Origin: an uncultured Candidatus Saccharibacteria bacterium
Lineage (GTDB): Bacteria > Patescibacteriota > Minisyncoccia > Phycocordibacterales > UBA918
Length of the DNA stretch: 64,000 nt
Direction of reading: 5' to 3'
Assembly (NCBI GenBank): GCA_964350645.1
Contig: CAYGJY010000002.1
Location: 97,538-161,537 of the forward strand
Shown here: positions 9,324 to 19,438 of the stretch, piece by piece
Position numbering within the stretch: the stretch's first letter is position 1
How the letters are laid out: every line of letters starts with the position of its first letter
The notes under the pieces: generated by a model
The model's input: the letters and a program-made list of their open reading frames with translations, nothing else
What the model was told of the DNA's origin: nothing
Databases searched by the model: none
Translations under genes and position numbers: made by a program

Positions 9324-10418
9324 TTATTTATTCATTGGCATCACAAGATAGCGAAGTGTATGGTCATCAACCCCTTCCATCACCATCGGTTTACCAATAC
9401 CTGCAAAGTGTAAAACTAGACTATCACTAGCGATATGTGGCAATGCCTCAGCGACATATCGTTGATTAAAATTAAGTGTTAAATCATCACCCTCAGTTGT
9501 AGCAGTAATGGAGTTGGTAGTAGTTCCAACTTCCCCACTTGTAGCATTAATAGTGACTGATTTTTCTGTCACGTGCATTCCAACTTGGAAAAACTTATTT
9601 AAAAAGATATTAGTTTTTTTCAACGCGTGTACTAAATCGTTTTTAACTAACGTCGAATGTGTAACATATTCCTTAGGAATTATTTGTACATAATCAGGAA
9701 ACGAGCCGGTTGTAAGTCGTGAAGTAACATAGACCCCATCATCAAATTCTAATGAAAATTGATTTTCATTTACTCTCATTACTGGATCAGTATTTTTTAA
9801 ATCACAAATTCGTGATAACTCAATAGCGTTCTTTTGAGGAATTAAAATTGATTCATCAAAGGTAAGGTTTTTTTGAGGGACAGTTTTTTCCATTAAACGA
9901 AATGAGTCTGTTGCCACAAAAGTAAGAGAATGTTCTTTTTTTTGAAAAATATATACACTCCCTAATTCTGGTTTAATCGATGATTGAGAAGCAGCAAATG
10001 CTGCAGTTTTAATTCCTAAAGAAAAAAGTGAATTTGAAACAGTTTGACCAGTCCCAGTTATTTTTGGAATGGTTGGAAACTCATCATGAGGAATACTTTT
10101 TATTTGTGTCTCAGAACCATCAACCTCAACAATCAATGACCCTTCCTCAGCCCGGAGAGTAATAGTTTGTTGTTTAATTAAATTAATTGTCTGTGACAAT
10201 GTTTGGACTGGTACCGCAATCACTCCTTCTTCTTCAATTGTTGCCGTGAGTGCAACTTCAATCCCAAGTTCTAAATTAGTTGCTTTTAATAAAACCTTAC
10301 CCTGTTCAACCACTAATACACCACATTGTAAAACTGGTAGTGTCACATGTTTAGTGCTAATTCTAGAAATTAATTCTAGTTTTGTTTGTAACTCAGTTGT
10401 TTCTAAAGTGATGTGCAT
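9324..10418 (-). CDS. dnaN: DNA polymerase III beta sliding clamp
   Basis: 364 aa, three-domain clamp, located immediately downstream of dnaA. Confidence 0.9.
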   Translation of the reverse strand: MHITLETTELQTKLELISRISTKHVTLPVLQCGVLVVEQGKVLLKATNLELGIEVALTATIEEEGVIAVPVQTLSQTINLIKQQTITLRAEEGSLIVEVDGSETQIKSIPHDEFPTIPKITGTGQTVSNSLFSLGIKTAAFAASQSSIKPELGSVYIFQKKEHSLTFVATDSFRLMEKTVPQKNLTFDESILIPQKNAIELSRICDLKNTDPVMRVNENQFSLEFDDGVYVTSRLTTGSFPDYVQIIPKEYVTHSTLVKNDLVHALKKTNIFLNKFFQVGMHVTEKSVTINATSGEVGTTTNSITATTEGDDLTLNFNQRYVAEALPHIASDSLVLHFAGIGKPMVMEGVDDHTLRYLVMPMNK

Positions 10419-10419
10419 A

Positions 10420-10760
10420 AGTCAGTAGTTCTTTTTTATATTTTAATTATAGCTCTTCTTATTAGCTCTGTGGAACTGTGTAAATCTTAAATCCATGGCT
10501 TAGTACGGGATCTTTTTCGACCTAAAAAATTTAATAACCCGGGGATAGTACAATTTTTATCAGTAATAACGTGGGTACAACTATAACAAATTACTTAAAC
10601 AGTTGATAACTCAAGTATTTGTATGATCTTTTCCACAGACTTTGTATAAAAAATAGCTTTTTATACACAAATAATTCTCACTCATACACTTGTAATTAGT
10701 GCTTTTCCCCAACAAAATAAGTACAAAAAAAATCTAGCATCGCTAGATTTTTTTTGTACT
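10420..10760. promoter_or_regulatory. Candidate oriC segment (dnaA-dnaN intergenic): AT-rich unwinding region plus DnaA-box-like 9-mers
   Basis: AT-rich run 10425..10460. ttttccaca (10629..10637) matches TTATCCACA at 8/9. A weaker tgtggaact is at 10469..10477. The perfect 18 bp inverted repeat gtacaaaaaaaatctagc/gctagattttttttgtac sits at the dnaA 3' end. Confidence 0.35.
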
Positions 10761-12157
10761 TATTTCAAGAGCATTCGTACTTGTGTTACTTCTTCTTCTA
10801 GTTCTGGACTACTCTTAAGTTCATTTTTAATTTTTTCACAAGAGTGGATGACGGTTGTGTGGTCTCGCCCCCCTAGTTTTTGACCAATTGCAGGGTATGA
10901 AACTTGGAAATCCTCTCGCAAGATATACATGATGAGTTGCCGGGGTTTCACGACTTCTTTACGGCGGGTTTTCTCATAAATTGATGATGGGTCTATATCA
11001 AAGTAGCGGGCTACTTTATCTACCACATCTGAAACAGCAAGAGTTTTGCGTGGTCGCGTGCTGTTTTTAATAATTAATTTTACTTCTTCAATTGACAGCG
11101 TGCGTCCTAATAGTTGGGACTGACACATAATGGTATTTAACGCTCCTTCAAGTTCACGTATGTTACCTTCAATCGTATTAGCTAGATGGTCGATGACATC
11201 TTCAGTTAAGGTGATGCTATTTTGAGCGGCTTTAGCACGTAAGATAGCGGCTCGTGATTCCATATCTGGCGCTGGGATATCAACGATCATACCTTGAGCA
11301 AAACGTGATTGGAGTCGTTCCTCGAGACCGGCCAACAGTGCCGGGTGCACGTCACTTGAAAATACAATTTGTTTGTTGTTGTCGTGTAAGGCATTGAACA
11401 GATGAAATAGCTCCTCCTGAGTCTTTTCTTTCTTGGCTAAGAATTGTACATCGTCCATGATAAGAACATCATATTGACGGTATTTGTCTTTAAAATTATT
11501 AGCGGTACCGTTTTGAAGCGAATTAAAATAATCTACCGTGAAGCGCTCACTAGTCACATAGAATACTTTTTTCCCAGTTCGTTTTAACTGATTGCCGACA
11601 GCTTGGATTAAGTGGGTTTTACCATGTCCAGTCTTTCCGTAAATAAATAATGGGTTATACGAGATACCTGGTTTTTCACTCACAGTCTTTGAAGCAGCGT
11701 GAGCTAAGGCATTGAATGGTCCGATCACAAAGTTTTCAAAGGTATATTTTGGATTGAGGTTGTCACTTTTATTAATATAGTACTCCTCAAGTGGTAAAGC
11801 AGCGTTGACAGTTTGTGGTCGGGTATCTTGACGTTTGTCGTTTCGTTGGACTACAGCATATTCGATACTTCGCACGTGGGGTGTGAGGTCGCGGAGTACT
11901 TTTAAGATCATTGATTGGAATTTATCGTTTAACCAATCGCGCACAAAAACACTTGGTACACCAAGAGTAATAGTGCCATCCTCTAGAGATGCAATATGGG
12001 TGTCTTTGAACCAGGTTTTGAAATTGGCAGGAGTAATTGACAGTTCGATGGTAACCAAGGCGTCATCCCATAACTTTTTCACATCGACATGTTCTGTCTG
12101 AACGATGCTGTTTGTGGTAAGAGATGTTTGTGACAATGGATTCATAGAAGTAATCAA
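10760..12157 (-). CDS. dnaA: Chromosomal replication initiator DnaA
   Basis: 465 aa; AAA+ Walker A GKTGHGKTHL, C-terminal DnaA-box-binding domain. Confidence 0.95.
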   Translation of the reverse strand: MITSMNPLSQTSLTTNSIVQTEHVDVKKLWDDALVTIELSITPANFKTWFKDTHIASLEDGTITLGVPSVFVRDWLNDKFQSMILKVLRDLTPHVRSIEYAVVQRNDKRQDTRPQTVNAALPLEEYYINKSDNLNPKYTFENFVIGPFNALAHAASKTVSEKPGISYNPLFIYGKTGHGKTHLIQAVGNQLKRTGKKVFYVTSERFTVDYFNSLQNGTANNFKDKYRQYDVLIMDDVQFLAKKEKTQEELFHLFNALHDNNKQIVFSSDVHPALLAGLEERLQSRFAQGMIVDIPAPDMESRAAILRAKAAQNSITLTEDVIDHLANTIEGNIRELEGALNTIMCQSQLLGRTLSIEEVKLIIKNSTRPRKTLAVSDVVDKVARYFDIDPSSIYEKTRRKEVVKPRQLIMYILREDFQVSYPAIGQKLGGRDHTTVIHSCEKIKNELKSSPELEEEVTQVRMLLK

Positions 12158-12159
12158 TC

Positions 12160-12376
12160 AAGAGGTAGCAAGCATTATACCCTCCCCAGAGTAACTGTAA
12201 ACTTTTTGATAAAAAAATTGAACGACGTGGTATTTTTTGTGTGCAGTCCTGTCAACTGTGTATAACCTGTGCAGAACTTTTTGCGGCTGCTGTAGGTTAG
12301 TCAGAATCTTTGACAGGATTGAAAAAATAACGCAATAGTGTATAGTTGTGCCCACCAATCAACCAATACGTATTTT
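12160..12376. promoter_or_regulatory. dnaA upstream region with a DnaA-box-like site, and the rpmH promoter
   Basis: tgtgtataa at 12257..12265 matches TGTGGATAA at 8/9. Confidence 0.3.
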
Positions 12377-12526
12377 ATGCCAAAACGAACCTATCAACCA
12401 AGTCAAAAGAAGCGTATGACTACGCACGGGTTTCTCGTGCGGGCCGCTTCAAAGGCTGGTGCGAAGATTCTGAAGAATCGACGCCGCAAAGGCCGTGCTG
12501 AACTTGCAGTTCAAAAAAGTAAGTAA
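12377..12526 (+). CDS. rpmH: 50S ribosomal protein L34
   Basis: [49 protein letters not shown]. The ORF-track entry starts 13 codons upstream at a non-plausible Met. Terminator hairpin at 12531..12557. Confidence 0.9.
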   Translation: MPKRTYQPSQKKRMTTHGFLVRAASKAGAKILKNRRRKGRAELAVQKSK

Positions 12527-12587
12527 TAAAAGAGCCGCGCCTGCGGCTCTTTTATTTAGGTATACTTAGTAAGAATCTGTAGCTGAT

Positions 12588-12911
12588 ATGCTTAAAAAAA
12601 ATCAACGATTAACCACTGAAGCGTTTGACCAGTTTTTCAAAACTGGACGACGTTACCATACTCCCCACCTCCAACTTATCTATACTCCCCACCCAGTCTT
12701 TCATGGCTCAGTGGTCGTCGGTAAGAAGGTGTGTAAACGAGCCGTTGACCGCAACCGTTGGCGCCGACGTGCGTATAATGCTCTCTATCAACTAACAAAA
12801 CAAACCAATCAATCTGGTGTCTATATTGTTGTCTTGAAACCAACTGCCATTACCCTCTCATTTGCAGCGCTACGGCAAGAAATAGCTACAGTGGTTGGCC
12901 GGACGCAGTAA
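12588..12911 (+). CDS. rnpA: RNase P protein component
   Basis: 107 aa basic protein in the conserved rpmH-rnpA-yidC arrangement. Confidence 0.85.
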   Translation: MLKKNQRLTTEAFDQFFKTGRRYHTPHLQLIYTPHPVFHGSVVVGKKVCKRAVDRNRWRRRAYNALYQLTKQTNQSGVYIVVLKPTAITLSFAALRQEIATVVGRTQ

Positions 12912-12955
12912 TCAGGGTAGAATGACCCAACTTATTTTTAAGCTTTCATTCAGGC

Positions 12956-13684
12956 ATGTTTAGTTATATTTGGCATTCATTTTTCTTTGACCCGGTGTAT
13001 AACGGTCTCGTATTTTTTATTGATGTGGTTCCTGGTGGCGATGTCGGGATTGCCATAATTCTCATTACGGTGCTAGTAAAAGTTCTCCTCCTCCCGCTTT
13101 CATTAAAGGCAGCTCGAACGCAGCGTTTGATGCGTGAACTTGAGCCAAAACTTAAAGAGATTAAGGAAAAATTCAAAGATAAGCGCGAAGAACAAGCGCG
13201 TGCCATGATGGATTTATATAAAGAAGCCGGCCTGAATCCGTTTGCCAGTATTCTCCTCATTTTTATTCAAATTCCAATTATCATTGCCCTCTACTTGGCG
13301 GTGTATCGTGGTGGGGGTGTACCACTGCCGGATATAAATGTTGATTTACTCTACGCTTTTATTCCGAGTCCTGAGACTGTTAATATGATGTTTGTTGGTC
13401 TCATTGATATGGCTGGCAAAAGTCTGCCGTTGGCGCTACTCGCTGGGGCGACACAATTTGTCCACGCACAACTTTCATTCCCGAAACCAGAACCAAAAAA
13501 AGAAGGGGCTGAAGCTAGCTTTAAAGATGATTTTGCCCGTAGCATGCAAATGCAGATGCGCTATGTTATGCCGCTCATTATTACGGTTGTTGCCTACACT
13601 ATTTCAGCAGCGATCGGTTTGTACTTTGTGGTCAGTAACTTAGTAGCGATTGCTCAAGAGGTGCTGGTAAAGAAGGAAAAATAA
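12956..13684 (+). CDS. yidC: Membrane protein insertase YidC (short monoderm-type)
   Basis: 242 aa; YidC/Oxa1 core helices (PLSLKAARTQRLMRELEPKLKEIKEKF...NPFASILLIFIQIPIIIALY). Confidence 0.8.
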   Translation: MFSYIWHSFFFDPVYNGLVFFIDVVPGGDVGIAIILITVLVKVLLLPLSLKAARTQRLMRELEPKLKEIKEKFKDKREEQARAMMDLYKEAGLNPFASILLIFIQIPIIIALYLAVYRGGGVPLPDINVDLLYAFIPSPETVNMMFVGLIDMAGKSLPLALLAGATQFVHAQLSFPKPEPKKEGAEASFKDDFARSMQMQMRYVMPLIITVVAYTISAAIGLYFVVSNLVAIAQEVLVKKEK

Positions 13685-14587
13685 TTATTCAGGGGTACAA
13701 ACTAGTACTTTATTTCTTTTTGATCCATTTTTAAGTTCAACAATCTCTGGTACACCCGCTTCACCACTGGGCAATAAATCGCCATCTTCACAATCGTCTT
13801 CTTCTTGTCCGCAGACTGATCTGCCACCAAAACTTACTTGGATTTCACATGTCACAGCAATAGTTTCTTCTGTAACGGTGACAGAATCAGGTAATATGCT
13901 TTTTATAGCATCAGAGGTTATTTTTAGTTCTGCCAGTTCAGATGCATCGTCGTCCACTGGATAATAGCATTTTCCACTGTCAAAAATTCCCTTGCCCACC
14001 ATTATGCCACCTCGATTTTCACAAATTGTTTCGCAAATAGCATATGCACCTTCTAGAACAATCGGTATATCAAAACCAGAGCACTCCTCGAGCGCACAAT
14101 TACCAGCTTCAGAAGCACAATATTCAACGAAAGACCGTCTTTCAGTACTATCTAGGTCAATCTCAGTTTCTCTGGTAAGATCCTCAAAAGAAGGTGCGTT
14201 TGGCAAAATACCAAATGAAGTTAGGTCTTTATTAATAGTATTCAGTATAACTACCGCTAAGATAATGATCATGAGGCCAAGAATTGCAGCGTAGATGTCT
14301 TTTTTAGCGTCGGCCTTGTCAGTTACGATGCCACTTAAGACATACTGCACCCCAGCCATGATGAGTTTCACTACTGCTATAAGCGCACCAGCAATAATAG
14401 CCAGACGCAGTAGGGCGTTTAAATAGTCATTAAAACTGAGTTTGTTTATCTCTTCGGTTTTTTCGAGACCTGGTAAACCGACGAGTGGAATAAATCCTTG
14501 AGCTGAGGCGACTGCTGGCAGGATTGTTATCAGCACTATCAGTACGGGTAGAACAGTCGCGCACAATGTTTTAAAGTGTTGTGTCAT
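13685..14587 (-). CDS. Secreted/membrane pilin-like protein with Cys-rich C-terminal domain (hypothetical; possible VirB2/TrbC-like)
   Basis: Likely start at MTQHFKTL (14587; the ORF track extends to 14713). It has a signal peptide, two hydrophobic helices, then a roughly 200 aa tail containing 14 cysteines. First gene (3' end) of the T4SS-like cluster. Confidence 0.4.
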   Translation of the reverse strand: MTQHFKTLCATVLPVLIVLITILPAVASAQGFIPLVGLPGLEKTEEINKLSFNDYLNALLRLAIIAGALIAVVKLIMAGVQYVLSGIVTDKADAKKDIYAAILGLMIIILAVVILNTINKDLTSFGILPNAPSFEDLTRETEIDLDSTERRSFVEYCASEAGNCALEECSGFDIPIVLEGAYAICETICENRGGIMVGKGIFDSGKCYYPVDDDASELAELKITSDAIKSILPDSVTVTEETIAVTCEIQVSFGGRSVCGQEEDDCEDGDLLPSGEAGVPEIVELKNGSKRNKVLVCTPE

Positions 14588-15758
14588 AGAGCCAGAGCGT
14601 ATTATCATTTTTATTACTAAACAAGATTTTTTCACCATTTTGACTAGTTGTGATGCTGAAAACATCGATAGCTCGACCAGCTGTCTGTTGTAGATTAGAA
14701 ACAGATAGTGCACTCATATTATTTAGGTCAATTTTCCATAAAATATCTTCCGATTGACGAGTACCTTGATACCAATCTACTAGTGCATCGCCCCCGTCTG
14801 ACAAGAGTGGTGCAGCACACCACATAATCGAAATGTCGGCATTTGAAACAGTACATTTTTCGGGAATAAATTGAATCGGTAGTGTTTCGCGGGCGTCAGT
14901 TGTCAGACTGGTTATAGTTGAAATACTGTCGCCAGCTCCAGTGTTTGCGGTGGAAAAGACTCGCCCATTATTCACCGTTGCAACCAAGCCATAGGCACTA
15001 GGGATAACTGGCCGCAGCGTGTCACTCACTATTTTATACAATGATCCGGTCATTTGGTCACTCACTCGGTTATACACATAGGGTGTATTTAGAGTGTCAG
15101 CAGAACTGGTGTCCCAGATTGTCCGAACACTTCGAAGAGGAATAGAAAATACTTTAGTGGGTTGGCCGCTGAGGAGATTATAGGTATATCCGTCAGTTCC
15201 CCCGTCCGTCAGTACTGTGTACGCAAGCTGTGAATCAGATACAAAGTTAGTTTCAGTGGTTTGTTGGGGTAGATTAATAAGAGGTGTGTCACTCGCTGAG
15301 CCATCTGCTAAAGACAATAACAGTGTGGCACGGGATCCATCAGTGTCAGTTGTCAGTGTCAGATGTTCAGCATTGGGTGAAAAAGTCGCCTCAAAAACTC
15401 GGGCAACAGTTGTGTTATTGATTTTTGTTTCGGGGGCTGTCGTGGTTGTATCCAATTCATAGACATGGCCCACCCCCCGCTCAACAAACCGTAGTATCGT
15501 GTCGTCGTTACCAATAAAACTGAAACCAGCAACTGGTTTTGTAGTTAGCTGTCTGAGTGCTTTCGTGGGGGCATCGTTTGGTAGCGTTTGGGGTGTAGGC
15601 AAAGTGGGTTCGTTGTTGATAGGACTACTTTCAAATCCGAGGTTTGCAAAGACGTCGTCAGTTTGTTTAGGTGTTCCAAACAATAATAAGTAGACCCAAA
15701 CAGCAATAACGCTGAGGATAACGATGACGCCAATACTAATGATGAGGGTTTTCTTCAC
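14571..15758 (-). CDS. Membrane-anchored extracellular protein, Thr/Ser-rich, beta-rich (hypothetical)
   Basis: 395 aa; N-terminal TM (IISIGVIVILSVIAVWVYLLLF) then a large extracytoplasmic domain. Overlaps the downstream gene by 17 bp (operon-like). Confidence 0.5.
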   Translation of the reverse strand: MKKTLIISIGVIVILSVIAVWVYLLLFGTPKQTDDVFANLGFESSPINNEPTLPTPQTLPNDAPTKALRQLTTKPVAGFSFIGNDDTILRFVERGVGHVYELDTTTTAPETKINNTTVARVFEATFSPNAEHLTLTTDTDGSRATLLLSLADGSASDTPLINLPQQTTETNFVSDSQLAYTVLTDGGTDGYTYNLLSGQPTKVFSIPLRSVRTIWDTSSADTLNTPYVYNRVSDQMTGSLYKIVSDTLRPVIPSAYGLVATVNNGRVFSTANTGAGDSISTITSLTTDARETLPIQFIPEKCTVSNADISIMWCAAPLLSDGGDALVDWYQGTRQSEDILWKIDLNNMSALSVSNLQQTAGRAIDVFSITTSQNGEKILFSNKNDNTLWLYDTTL

Positions 15759-15816
15759 AAATTAATTATAGCAGCAAGCTAGGATTTGAGAGGTACGAAC
15801 TTCCCCAGACAATCAA

Positions 15817-16779
15817 TTAGAAATTAAGGGTAAAGTCAGCTTTACTACCCTGTAATAAATTTTCTAGATTTCTAATGTGTAGTTCGGCCTTAACTGATCC
15901 AGAATTTGCCGTTCGACGGAGAGTAATTTCACGAGGATCTGTCGACGGATTGGTAATGGTCTGATTATTTAATTTCCACTCAATGAGAGGGTCATTTGAA
16001 AAAATAGTACTATCGAGATAATAGGGTTCACCACGAACAGTTATTTCGCTGCTGATTAATAATGTTGGGTTTCGTAGCGTCATGTTTGATAGGCCACGGA
16101 GAGGATTGTTTTCGTAGAATAATATCTCCGGCTCGGCAATTTCAATTTCAGTTAATTTACGAGCTACTGTGCGACCAGAACTATCTGAAACGTTTACACG
16201 CACCAGTACACGAGGTTTTTTGGGTGTCTCAAATGTGGCCACGTTTTTTCCGACTATTGGCCCCCCATAGAGAGGTTTATTATCAACTTGCCAACTATAG
16301 GTTAATTCATTGGGATTAAGGTTAGTGTCGGGGATGGCTATGATGCGCATCATGCTGCCAGCACTTGGGAGCGGCCTCCCCTGATAGTGGTTGGGTACAG
16401 ATGTATCTGCTTCAACAATTATATCCACTCGACTTGGAGCTATTGTTTCAGTTAGGTTAAGGGTTTGACCATTTTTCAAATTAGCCACAACCCGAAGAGT
16501 AATAACCTCTCCCTTACTGCCAGCTAAAAAAGTAAAGGTGCGGGCATTTTTTGCTTCGGGTTGTTCAATTTCATCAAGGTACCAAGTAATGGTAGCGCCA
16601 GTGGTATCGAGGGAGTAAGCATTTAATGAGGCTTTAATTTCCTGGTTGGGTTCTGGATATTGAGGAGAGAGTTCAATTGAAACTGAATCAGGAATTACCC
16701 CCAGTTGAGCATTTATTTGCACAGGGAACAGGATCAGCATTCCAGTAAATAGGCCACTGAAAATAAGCTTTAAATACAT
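15817..16779 (-). CDS. Secreted hypothetical protein
   Basis: 320 aa with an N-terminal signal peptide (LFTGMLILFPVQINAQ). Confidence 0.5.
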   Translation of the reverse strand: MYLKLIFSGLFTGMLILFPVQINAQLGVIPDSVSIELSPQYPEPNQEIKASLNAYSLDTTGATITWYLDEIEQPEAKNARTFTFLAGSKGEVITLRVVANLKNGQTLNLTETIAPSRVDIIVEADTSVPNHYQGRPLPSAGSMMRIIAIPDTNLNPNELTYSWQVDNKPLYGGPIVGKNVATFETPKKPRVLVRVNVSDSSGRTVARKLTEIEIAEPEILFYENNPLRGLSNMTLRNPTLLISSEITVRGEPYYLDSTIFSNDPLIEWKLNNQTITNPSTDPREITLRRTANSGSVKAELHIRNLENLLQGSKADFTLNF

Positions 16780-16834
16780 ATATACCAGTATAAGCTACAG
16801 CTGCTAAGTCCTGCTCTGCAATTGTTCATAATAT

Positions 16835-17581
16835 TTAAGTTTGACTGTCATGATTGATGACATCGATCATCACCACGCCTACCCACGGCGCAATACCGCC
16901 AACAAATGGTATCCAATACCAGGCGGCCATGGCAAAAAATGAGCTACTCAAGTTGCCACCGAAAGGATTAACCCGGTACACGACTGCTGCTGTAACCAAT
17001 TGAGCCCAGCCAAGTAAAGCAGCCATAATAATACCGAACATCGCGATTGATTGGCCAGGAATAAATTCGGCCACTACGACTGCAGCGCCTTCACCAACCA
17101 CTTCCCCAGCAACACTGCCTAGGCTGAAGGCTGTAAGCTCAATAGTAATCCCAGATATTGAAATGAGCCAAAATAAAAATTGGGCAATATATAAGTAGGT
17201 ACAAATTTCAATGATGAGCAGTGTTTCTCGACGGCGGGTAACAATGTTGGCTGGGTTATTTATTCTGGCCGTAAAAAATCCACCAAGTGATTGCGCAGCG
17301 CCTTTTTGCTGGGCTTCTTGGTCGTACCAGGTAGAGTCTGAAAAAGTTTGGTTGTCATTAGCGGCTTCCAGTTTTTCATCAGGATTACCAAATGGATAGC
17401 GATAGCGCTGACTAAAATCCTCATCTATAGTGCTCGGTGAACCGTCCACGCGCTTAGCGGGGGACTGTTTTTGTTGCTGCCGAGCAACATGATTGCGATT
17501 GCGCTGACGTCGGTCGTCAGTATCAGCGCGACGCTTTACACGTACATTTTGAGGTGACGACTGTTGGGCTACTGCTGCCAT
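16835..17581 (-). CDS. Membrane protein with basic/Gln-rich N-terminus and 3-4 C-terminal TM helices (hypothetical T4SS-associated)
   Basis: 248 aa, immediately downstream of the VirB4-like ATPase in the same orientation. Confidence 0.45.
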   Translation of the reverse strand: MAAVAQQSSPQNVRVKRRADTDDRRQRNRNHVARQQQKQSPAKRVDGSPSTIDEDFSQRYRYPFGNPDEKLEAANDNQTFSDSTWYDQEAQQKGAAQSLGGFFTARINNPANIVTRRRETLLIIEICTYLYIAQFLFWLISISGITIELTAFSLGSVAGEVVGEGAAVVVAEFIPGQSIAMFGIIMAALLGWAQLVTAAVVYRVNPFGGNLSSSFFAMAAWYWIPFVGGIAPWVGVVMIDVINHDSQT

Positions 17582-17599
17582 GCAGTAAGTATATCACTG

Positions 17600-19438
17600 C
17601 TATCCCTGGGCAGCCTTGAGGTCGGCTTTAGCGCGCTTAATTTGCAGAATTTGTGATGGATCGGAGGTGATAATTTGGTCTTCAGTGTATGAAGCGATGA
17701 CTTTGATAGCTACGTGTTTGAGGCCAGCAAAGAAGATCCCTTCTCCAACGTTTGATTCTAAGAGCAGTAATTTTTCTTCATCGGTCAGGTTGAATGTTCT
17801 TTGGATGTTGTCGACGGCTGTTGGTGATTGTTTCATCAGTAATTGCAAACTTGAGTTGGTGATCATCGGTACACCATATGGACTCCGTAAAAAGTCGTCT
17901 ACGTCTTGAGTGATGGTCGAAAGGCCAAGGTAGTATTTTCGACCACGCTTAGCGAGCATAAACAGGAATGATGCTGTATCTTCACTTTTCATCATCCACC
18001 AGGCTTCGTCGATAACTAGAAGACGTTTGGTAAGGCGCCGTCGAATTGCACTCCAGATGTGGTTGGTAATAATGTACATGGCGATAGTTTTCAATTCGTC
18101 CTCCATGTCACGAAGAGAAAAGACAATGAACTTCTGGTTGATATCAACGTTAGTTGGCTCATTCATAAAACCAGACCAGGTCCCAGATGTATATTTTTGT
18201 AAACGAGCAATCAATGAAGCGCTACCTTCCATGCCGGCTAAAACCATTTCAAAATCTGACAGTAATGGAGGCTCAAGTTCAGCAAAGTTACTTGCGCCAG
18301 TGATGTCTTTCAAGGCATAGGTTTCGCGAATTGCTTCATCGACGACAGTCTCTTCTTCTGGTGATAGTCCACCAAGCATGAGACGAAATAGTCCCGTCAT
18401 TTCAATAATATGAGAACGCAGCACATCATTAGGGTCCTCATCTTCAAGTGGTGCGGGTAAGTCAAACGGATTAATGTGGTGACTTGAAGACAGTGAGATA
18501 TTAAAGAATCTACCCCCCGTTGCTTCAGCCAGGTATTCGTATTCTCGCTCGGGGTCAATAACGATTACTTCAGTCCCAAACATCAGTGAACGAAGGATTT
18601 CTAATTTTGTTGTATAGGACTTCCCTGCCCCCGAGGTGGCGAATGTTACCGAGTTGTAATTAGTGAGTTGGAAGCGGTCAAATAGTACTAAACTTGAATT
18701 GTGACGGTTAATACCGTAGAGAATCCCTGAGTCAGAAGTTAGGTCAAATGAGGTAAACGGAAAAAAACTTGAGAGAGGTGAAGAATTAAACTTGCTATGT
18801 ACAAAGAGTTCATCGCTCATTGTTGGAATGATGCTTTTGAGCCCCTGTTCTTGCTGAAATAACGCCGGTTTAATATAAATAAGACGCGAATCGAGAATAC
18901 CCTTAATTTCTGTTTCGGATTTATCAAGCTCTTCCTCACTGTCACCATAAATTGAAAGGTATAGACCAACATCAAATAATTTTTCCTCAGCTTGCTGAAG
19001 TTTGTCGCGCAGATCTTCCAGGTTGCGGTAGGCAGACTCAAGTTGTGGATCACGCACCATCCCCTTCTCGGCGTTAATACTCATTTGACTTTGTACCTCG
19101 GCTACCTTCTTTTGGAATTTTTTTAAGGTCTCAGCTGTGTCAATTGGGTGAATCACGATTGAAATATCCATTTCCCGCTCCAGATTCAAAATTGGTTCGA
19201 GCCAACCATCGTTCAGATAGCGTGGATAGGATACAGCGAAAAATACTCGTGAGATTTTGCCGCTGATGTTTACGCTGCGGGGATTGATATTGATTGCTGA
19301 CGGTGAGATAACATCGGCTAAGGTTAGTAACGAGTTCTCAATTGCTGCCTCGTCAGCATCGGTTGGAGTTTTATTTGGTTGTAAGAAATCTAAAAGACCC
19401 ATATTAGTTAGCACCTGGAGCGGAGGTTCCCACTTCAC
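17600..19438 (-). CDS. VirB4/TrbE/CagE-family T4SS ATPase, C-terminal ATPase portion
   Basis: 612 aa; Walker A FATSGAGKSYTTK, DPEREY, Walker B LLVIDEAWWMM, RKYYLGLSTITQ. Overlaps the upstream ORF by 35 bp in a different frame. Confidence 0.8.
   Translation of the reverse strand: MKWEPPLQVLTNMGLLDFLQPNKTPTDADEAAIENSLLTLADVISPSAININPRSVNISGKISRVFFAVSYPRYLNDGWLEPILNLEREMDISIVIHPIDTAETLKKFQKKVAEVQSQMSINAEKGMVRDPQLESAYRNLEDLRDKLQQAEEKLFDVGLYLSIYGDSEEELDKSETEIKGILDSRLIYIKPALFQQEQGLKSIIPTMSDELFVHSKFNSSPLSSFFPFTSFDLTSDSGILYGINRHNSSLVLFDRFQLTNYNSVTFATSGAGKSYTTKLEILRSLMFGTEVIVIDPEREYEYLAEATGGRFFNISLSSSHHINPFDLPAPLEDEDPNDVLRSHIIEMTGLFRLMLGGLSPEEETVVDEAIRETYALKDITGASNFAELEPPLLSDFEMVLAGMEGSASLIARLQKYTSGTWSGFMNEPTNVDINQKFIVFSLRDMEDELKTIAMYIITNHIWSAIRRRLTKRLLVIDEAWWMMKSEDTASFLFMLAKRGRKYYLGLSTITQDVDDFLRSPYGVPMITNSSLQLLMKQSPTAVDNIQRTFNLTDEEKLLLLESNVGEGIFFAGLKHVAIKVIASYTEDQIITSDPSQILQIKRAKADLKAAQG

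Noticed and set aside
12158-12358. 66 aa ORF between dnaA and rpmH
   Set aside because: It lies in the oriC/promoter region antisense to the rpmH leader, with no coding features.
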